Positions 62,899 to 64,000 of a DNA stretch of 64,000 bases are shown here, one piece after another. Position 1 is the first letter of the stretch. Every line of letters begins with the position of its first letter. Position numbers and translations under genes: made by a program. The notes under the pieces were generated by a model. The model was not told where the DNA came from, did no database searches, and saw only the letters and a program-made list of their open reading frames with translations. The DNA is taken from IMG/VR virus record IMGVR_UViG_3300005529_000023, positions 32,001 to 96,000 of that record. One strand, 5' to 3'. The stretch comes from a virus.

Positions 62899-63926
62899 AA
62901 TTTGATTCCTTTCAATTGTAGCACTTTTTTATGAAGTATTGGAAGCCTCTTTGCGAGAGAAAGCATTTGCTCTGTAGCTTCTTTCTCCATGTATGCTTCT
63001 TCTATATCTTGGGTAGTGTCAGGAGTGAAATGGTAAACACCATAACCCTCGTCGTTCACAGTAGCATCGGCAGATACCGTACTAGACGCATTCATTAATG
63101 CACTAAGTTGGCTAACAGTGACCTTCTCTTTTGGTATGCTTTTGCCTTCTTCTGCGTCCTTTTTGAAACTTTCGTTGATCGCCTTAGTCAGTTCCTTGAT
63201 GTCCTCAATTCCTTGGCGCGCACGAATCGTATGAGCCTTATAGAGAATTCTCTTATCAGAAGGATAGAAGTGCAACATCGTCTCACTGTAGCTGTCGATC
63301 ATATTGCCGACCATTCGACCGATGCAAACCGATCGGAAAACCGGAGAATATTCACCAGACCACTTATCTACGCCAGCCGCTAAGCCAAGACCGCAGATAC
63401 CGATAAAATCCATCAAGGTCAGATGACTCTTTGGAGTTTTGCGATAGAACAGTTTGGCCCGGTTGATAGCTAGGGGCATGTTGTTCTCGATCAGGATAGT
63501 GCGTGCTTTGTGGACTCGCTGAAATAGTTGTTCGGCGCGCTTTGGGAATGGGCCTAACCACGCATCGCGGATGAATTTGATGAACTGATAGTTGATATCG
63601 AAACGTTTCAGAGTTTCTACGTCGCGCACTTTGATTGCAGGTGTAATATGCTTACTGAAGGAAGTAGCGATCTCTCTGAAATAAGGACGCGCGCTCAAAA
63701 TGTTTTTGTTTTGAATACAAACCTTCTGGAGGAATTTTTTGTAGATCTCAGTCGATTGACGATACTTCAAAATAGTTTCTTTGAATTTACGTTCCGCATC
63801 CAAAAGTTCTTCGACCTGTTCCTTCTGAAGGGAACCGTCCCTGTTCTTTTCTAGAGCCTTGGTAACTTCACCAGCTAATCTGTAAAACGAGTCGTCAAAC
63901 GCTTCCTGGCGTTTTGTTTTTTGCAT
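62895..63926 (-). CDS. Sigma70-family RNA polymerase sigma factor truncated after region 4.1
   Basis: ARTILIENNMPLAINRAK..DFIGICGLGL..GVDKW..FRSVC..RM (region 2); VSADATV (3.2); ends LPILHKKVLQLKGIKL* with no 4.2 HTH. Confidence 0.8.
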   Translation of the reverse strand: MQKTKRQEAFDDSFYRLAGEVTKALEKNRDGSLQKEQVEELLDAERKFKETILKYRQSTEIYKKFLQKVCIQNKNILSARPYFREIATSFSKHITPAIKVRDVETLKRFDINYQFIKFIRDAWLGPFPKRAEQLFQRVHKARTILIENNMPLAINRAKLFYRKTPKSHLTLMDFIGICGLGLAAGVDKWSGEYSPVFRSVCIGRMVGNMIDSYSETMLHFYPSDKRILYKAHTIRARQGIEDIKELTKAINESFKKDAEEGKSIPKEKVTVSQLSALMNASSTVSADATVNDEGYGVYHFTPDTTQDIEEAYMEKEATEQMLSLAKRLPILHKKVLQLKGIKL

Positions 63927-63934
63927 AACCCTTA

Positions 63935-63941
63935 TATATCA
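63935..63941 (-). promoter_or_regulatory. TGATATA motif (within TATGATATATAAG)
   Basis: 8 nt before the SD-less ATG of the sigma gene. Confidence 0.45.
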
Positions 63942-64000
63942 TAGGGCTATATTCTAGGTATTCTTATGTACTTGATTTCGGAACCAGAGTCGCTATAATA

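Noticed and set aside
1-64000. CRISPR array, tRNA genes, rRNA, integrase/transposase, stop-codon reassignment
   Set aside because: No regularly spaced repeats or cloverleaf/T-loop signatures were seen by eye, no recombinase motifs were found, and genes are intact under code 11 with TAA, TAG and TGA all used as stops.

Overview
This window is a fragment of a large, densely coded tailed bacteriophage with a contractile tail (myovirus-like). It uses standard genetic code 11, with many ATGA/TAATG gene overlaps. No rRNA, tRNA, CRISPR array, integrase or transposase is recognisable. 1-29.5 kb is mostly a + strand virion module: fused baseplate components, a 2191-aa baseplate-J-like protein, a wedge subunit, a tube-like protein, and a large set of fibre/receptor-binding proteins, three of them paralogous with variable C-terminal tips. 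Two accessory islands interrupt it: proteases at 0.7-2.9 kb, and an SLT, a DEDDh exonuclease and tiny membrane proteins at 14.5-17.4 kb. 29.5-64 kb is a - strand replication, recombination and host-takeover module: DnaE, DnaB-like helicase, AEP primase, RecA, UvsY-like, gp32-like SSB, SbcCD, RuvC-like, RNase HI, DEDDh exonuclease, two ClpP-like proteases, a free ClpX zinc finger, a GGQ peptidyl-tRNA hydrolase, MazG-like, CYTH, SLOG, a PLP aminotransferase, a subtilisin and a GroES-like protein. The best candidate for an undescribed system is a 'split' sigma transcription programme. A sigma70-family gene stops at the start of region 4, a separate small gene encodes a region-4.2-like HTH, a second divergent sigma-like gene also lacks region 4, and two recurrent -10-only intergenic motifs (CAATCT[T]TA before structural genes, TGATATA before minus-strand genes) often sit about 7 nt from SD-less start codons. 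Other leads are a ~210-nt structured non-coding element with partial tmRNA-like traits, an apparent dead intein (Hint) remnant in the DnaE PHP domain, and swappable fibre-tip cassettes. All functional calls come from manual motif recognition; no database search or folding program was run.
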